Source: Dendrobates tinctorius (taxonomy: Eukaryota). From it: 64,000 nucleotides of DNA. Where the stretch lies: assembly GCF_039654945.1 (NCBI RefSeq), contig NW_027361766.1:36890001-36954000 (forward strand). The letters are read 5' to 3'. Position 1 is the stretch's first letter. Every line of letters begins with the position of its first letter. Positions 60,745 through 64,000 of this stretch are shown piece by piece. The translations under genes and the position numbers were made by a program. A model generated the notes under the pieces. The model made no database searches. It was not told the DNA's origin and saw nothing but the letters and a program-made list of their open reading frames with translations.

Positions 60745-63418
60745 TGTGGTGCCCCTGAGGGTCTGATGGCCACAGAGGTACTGCACCTCATCCAGAGGTG
60801 TGGTATCCCACCCTCAGGTAAGGAGGGATCACCACCCAGGACTCCTAACACTCGCACCCAACACACAATAGTTAGTCAGGGCATCTGGGTGTACCCTTCG
60901 GGAGGATGGCCTCATCCCAGACTGGTTAGGAAAGGGTGTTGGGGAGTTAGTGTGGAAGGTAGGTAGAGTGGGAGGAGCTTATGTAGTGGAGTGATTGTGA
61001 GTAGCCAATCAGAGGAGTGAGGGGGCAGAGTTAAGCCTGAGGTAAAGGATCTATCTGGAAGATCCAGTCAGTCTGTGACAGGACAGCGTAAGAGAAGGAT
61101 TGCCGTGAGAGGACTGAGGATCAGAGAAGAGAGAAACATCTTGACCAAGCTCTTAGTAGAAGAAAGGGGTCCTAGGGGCATGGATAGTGCGAAAGCCAAC
61201 CATGGGTCCCGCAGCCTGGAAAAGAAGGACCAGGCCATGGTGGGGGAGGCGGCCCCTGAAGCTAGTGGAGAACTACAAGGCTCAGCTAGAAAGTCGGAGG
61301 CTGAGGTGACTGCAACTACCTCAGCCACCACCACAAACATTCCGCAAAAAAGGCAGCAGTAGGAATAAAGGACCCCGGGGCCTGACCCACGTCGCCTCGT
61401 GTGATCCGTGGCTGCCGGCTTGGGACACTGCTTGTGAAGGCGCAGGGCAGAAAGGAAGGGAGAGATCAGCGCAGAGACGCAGCCTAGAGAGAAGAACACA
61501 AAGAGCAGTCTTGAACAGGTGTTCCTGATCTACCTGGGAGTTTGCCGGACCCCTCCCTCAGAGGACACAGTACCAAGCGGGTCATCTTGTGCACAAGACT
61601 TGTGAGTAAACACCCAGAAACTGCACCTAACTGTGTTCTTTGAGTCATTTACAACTCGCCTGCCATACACTGCATACACCACCACCATCACCGGCTCAAC
61701 TGCTCTGGGACACAGCTCTGCCCGTGGAGAGCTTCACCATCTTGGCTGCTTTAACACCGTCCCAGTGGATCTGCATCGCTGTTAGCGTGGGTGGTCAGGA
61801 GCCGGAATCTCCAGGAGTGGACCCTCTGGACCGTGGCACCGAGGGGCCCCGGGCGAGCTGCCAGGTGGAACCTACCCCTATACAGGGAATGTTAGGAGCA
61901 GGCCCTGGGGTTCAAGTACCACGGTAGCCGGTACTGAGAGGGGCGGCTCAGGATGGACTGGAGTAGGAGTGCGGGACTGAAGTGTAGACTGTAAGGCTGG
62001 AATGTGGAGAGATGGCTGGAGCGGAACAAAGGAGGTAGGACTGAAGTAGGATGGAACAGGAACACAGGGACAAGACTAGATAAATAAAAATGACAGACCT
62101 CAAGGCTGAAACAGTATAACATCATATATTACATGTGGGTGCAGATGAAAAGAAAACCAACACAATCAGCCCATGGAAAATTAGTGTAGGACACACTGTA
62201 ATCAATAAGAAGCAGCAAAAGGAAATCAGTGCATAGATGTCCAAGGTATGATAAAATCACAAATCTTTATTAGATAACACAGGTAGAAAAGCACAAACAA
62301 TGACAGACAAAGGGTGACAAAAACAGAAGCAGAGCAAAGGGGTATACAGTGTCAAAAACCTCACTCTGACCCTTATCGTGAGTAAACACCTGGTGGTAAA
62401 GATAAATAAGTGTCCAAGTATAAACACCCAATATATAACAGGCAGACCAGTGAAAAGCATTAAGGGGTAAAATCCCCAGCTGGACAGCCATATAATCAAG
62501 GGTGAAATTACAAAGACACAAAAGCAAGGTAAACATAACAGGAGGGGAGAGACACTGAATCCCAAGCTCAGCTGACCCAGGAACACCAGAGGCAGGACTG
62601 GAGTAGGATGGAACAGGAACACAGGAACAGGACTGGAGTAGGACTGTAGGAACGCTGGAACAGAGCAAGTGCAGGAGGGAACAGGAACACTGGAACAGGA
62701 CTGGAGTAGGACTGTAGGAAAGCTGGAGCAGAGCAGGAGCAGGAGGGAACAGGAACACTGGAGCAGGGCTGGAGCAGGACAGAGAAGACAGCAGGGAACA
62801 TGGATGACAGGGCTGTGAGGCTGCTGCAGGAAACACAGAGGACAGAACCGAGAGGCTGCAGAGAGCACAGGAGGAAGCAGGGCCCAGTGTGCAAGGTAAC
62901 ACAATGATCAGGCGCCTCCCTCAGGGGGAAGCGACCTGATATGGCCCCGTCTGGTCTGCCATTGGTCCGAAGGTGCTTCCAGGTCAGGGCACAGCCGGAG
63001 CACAAGAAGCAGAAGGGAGGCGTGGCCGCGGCCTATAGCGCATTGCATGCAGAGATGGCGTCGGCCGCGAGCCTGTCAGAGGTGACCGCCGTGGCCATCG
63101 GGTGGCGAGAGGCTGCGGCGTGGGAGCGGAGGCCGGGTGAGTATGCAGAGACGGCGTGAGATCGGAGGCCGGGTGAGTATGTCAGGGCGGTGTAACAATC
63201 GCAGTGTCGGCTACCCTTGCCGAGTACCATGGGTGGCATCATGATTCCCCTTTTCCCATTTAATCATCCCATCATCTTTCCCCTCATTTAAACTTCTATC
63301 TTCTTTATTGGACACCCAGGGCCAGGGACTGGGTCACCTTCACCACCGTGACACTTTCCCCCTTAAAAGAGTCTGAAAGGCCCGGTACCGAGTTCCCCCG
63401 GCCCTGCGGGGAATACCA
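60745..63418. mobile_element. Solo LTR interrupted by a second solo LTR
   Basis: TG...CA ends with 4-bp TSD TTAT (60741-44, 63419-22). Confidence 0.78.
61780..63197. mobile_element. Nested solo LTR, 1418 bp
   Basis: TGTTA...TAACA ends with 5-bp TSD ATCGC (61775-79, 63198-202). Confidence 0.87.
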
Positions 63419-63630
63419 TTATTATTTCAGAATCATTATTGCATAGTTTATTAATTAGTCTACTACTTCATCTATTTAGTCTATTGGGCGTTCCATATTC
63501 TGTCATCTTAGGGTGACCATTCAAAAAACACCAACTCCGCTCCAATGATTTAATCTTAATTACAGTTGCATCACATACCTTTATAAATTCTCTCTGTGTA
63601 GGGTATATAGTTTTAGGAATTCTTATCTTA

Positions 63631-64000
63631 AGGCCCCGTCACACACAGCGATATCGCCAGTGAGATCGCTGATTTTGTGATGCCACAGCGATCTCACCAG
63701 TGACATCGCTGTGTGTGACATGGATCAGCGACCGCCCCCCCTGCCCGGTATCGCTGATCGTGCAGGATCGTCCTGGGCCATTTTTTGATTGTTGGTCTCC
63801 CGCTGGCCAGCACACATCGCTGCATGTGGCAGCAGGAGAGCAACGATATGCTGGTTTCCAATGTAAACATCAGGTATCTAGGAGCCACGCGGCTCTTAGT
63901 TACCCACTGTTTACCTTGGAAACCAGTGTGCACGCTGGTTTCCAGGGTAAACAGCGGGTATCTAAGAGCCACACAGCTCTTAGATACCCACTGTTTACAT
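63631..64000. mobile_element. Harbinger-type MITE (runs off the window end)
   Basis: TTA|AGGCCCCGTCACAC terminus; reverse complement of the 5470-5669 end. Confidence 0.85.

Noticed and set aside
62257-63005. Overlapping 145-215-aa minus-strand ORFs
   Set aside because: Low-complexity purine-rich repeats in a solo LTR; no gag, pol or env motifs.

Overview
Vertebrate DNA, almost certainly an anuran (frog) genome, inferred from the transposon repertoire. It is part of a V1R/ORA (vomeronasal type-1, olfactory receptor class A) cluster. There are three intact single-coding-exon receptor genes on the + strand (5973-6932, 28364-29305, 52364-53305). The last two lie in a tandem segmental duplication (21004-36178 vs 50701-60084) and differ at 18 of 942 nt. 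Most of the rest is nested mobile DNA, often with readable ends and TSDs: four Penelope-like retroelement insertions with hammerhead motifs, three Helitrons, a dead 9-kb hAT inserted inside a Chapaev3-like transposase, an internally deleted Tc1, Harbinger and T2/Kolobok MITEs, a piggyBac derivative, a CR1 tail, solo LTRs and minisatellites. The most unusual signals are: (i) an exact 18-bp direct repeat bracketing the coding cassette of the third V1R; (ii) promoter-like cassettes with outward-facing 5' splice-site (U1) motifs recurring in unrelated non-autonomous elements; (iii) canonical and variant hammerheads upstream of the receptor genes. All alignments and counts were done by eye, and family names come from recalled motifs, not database searches.
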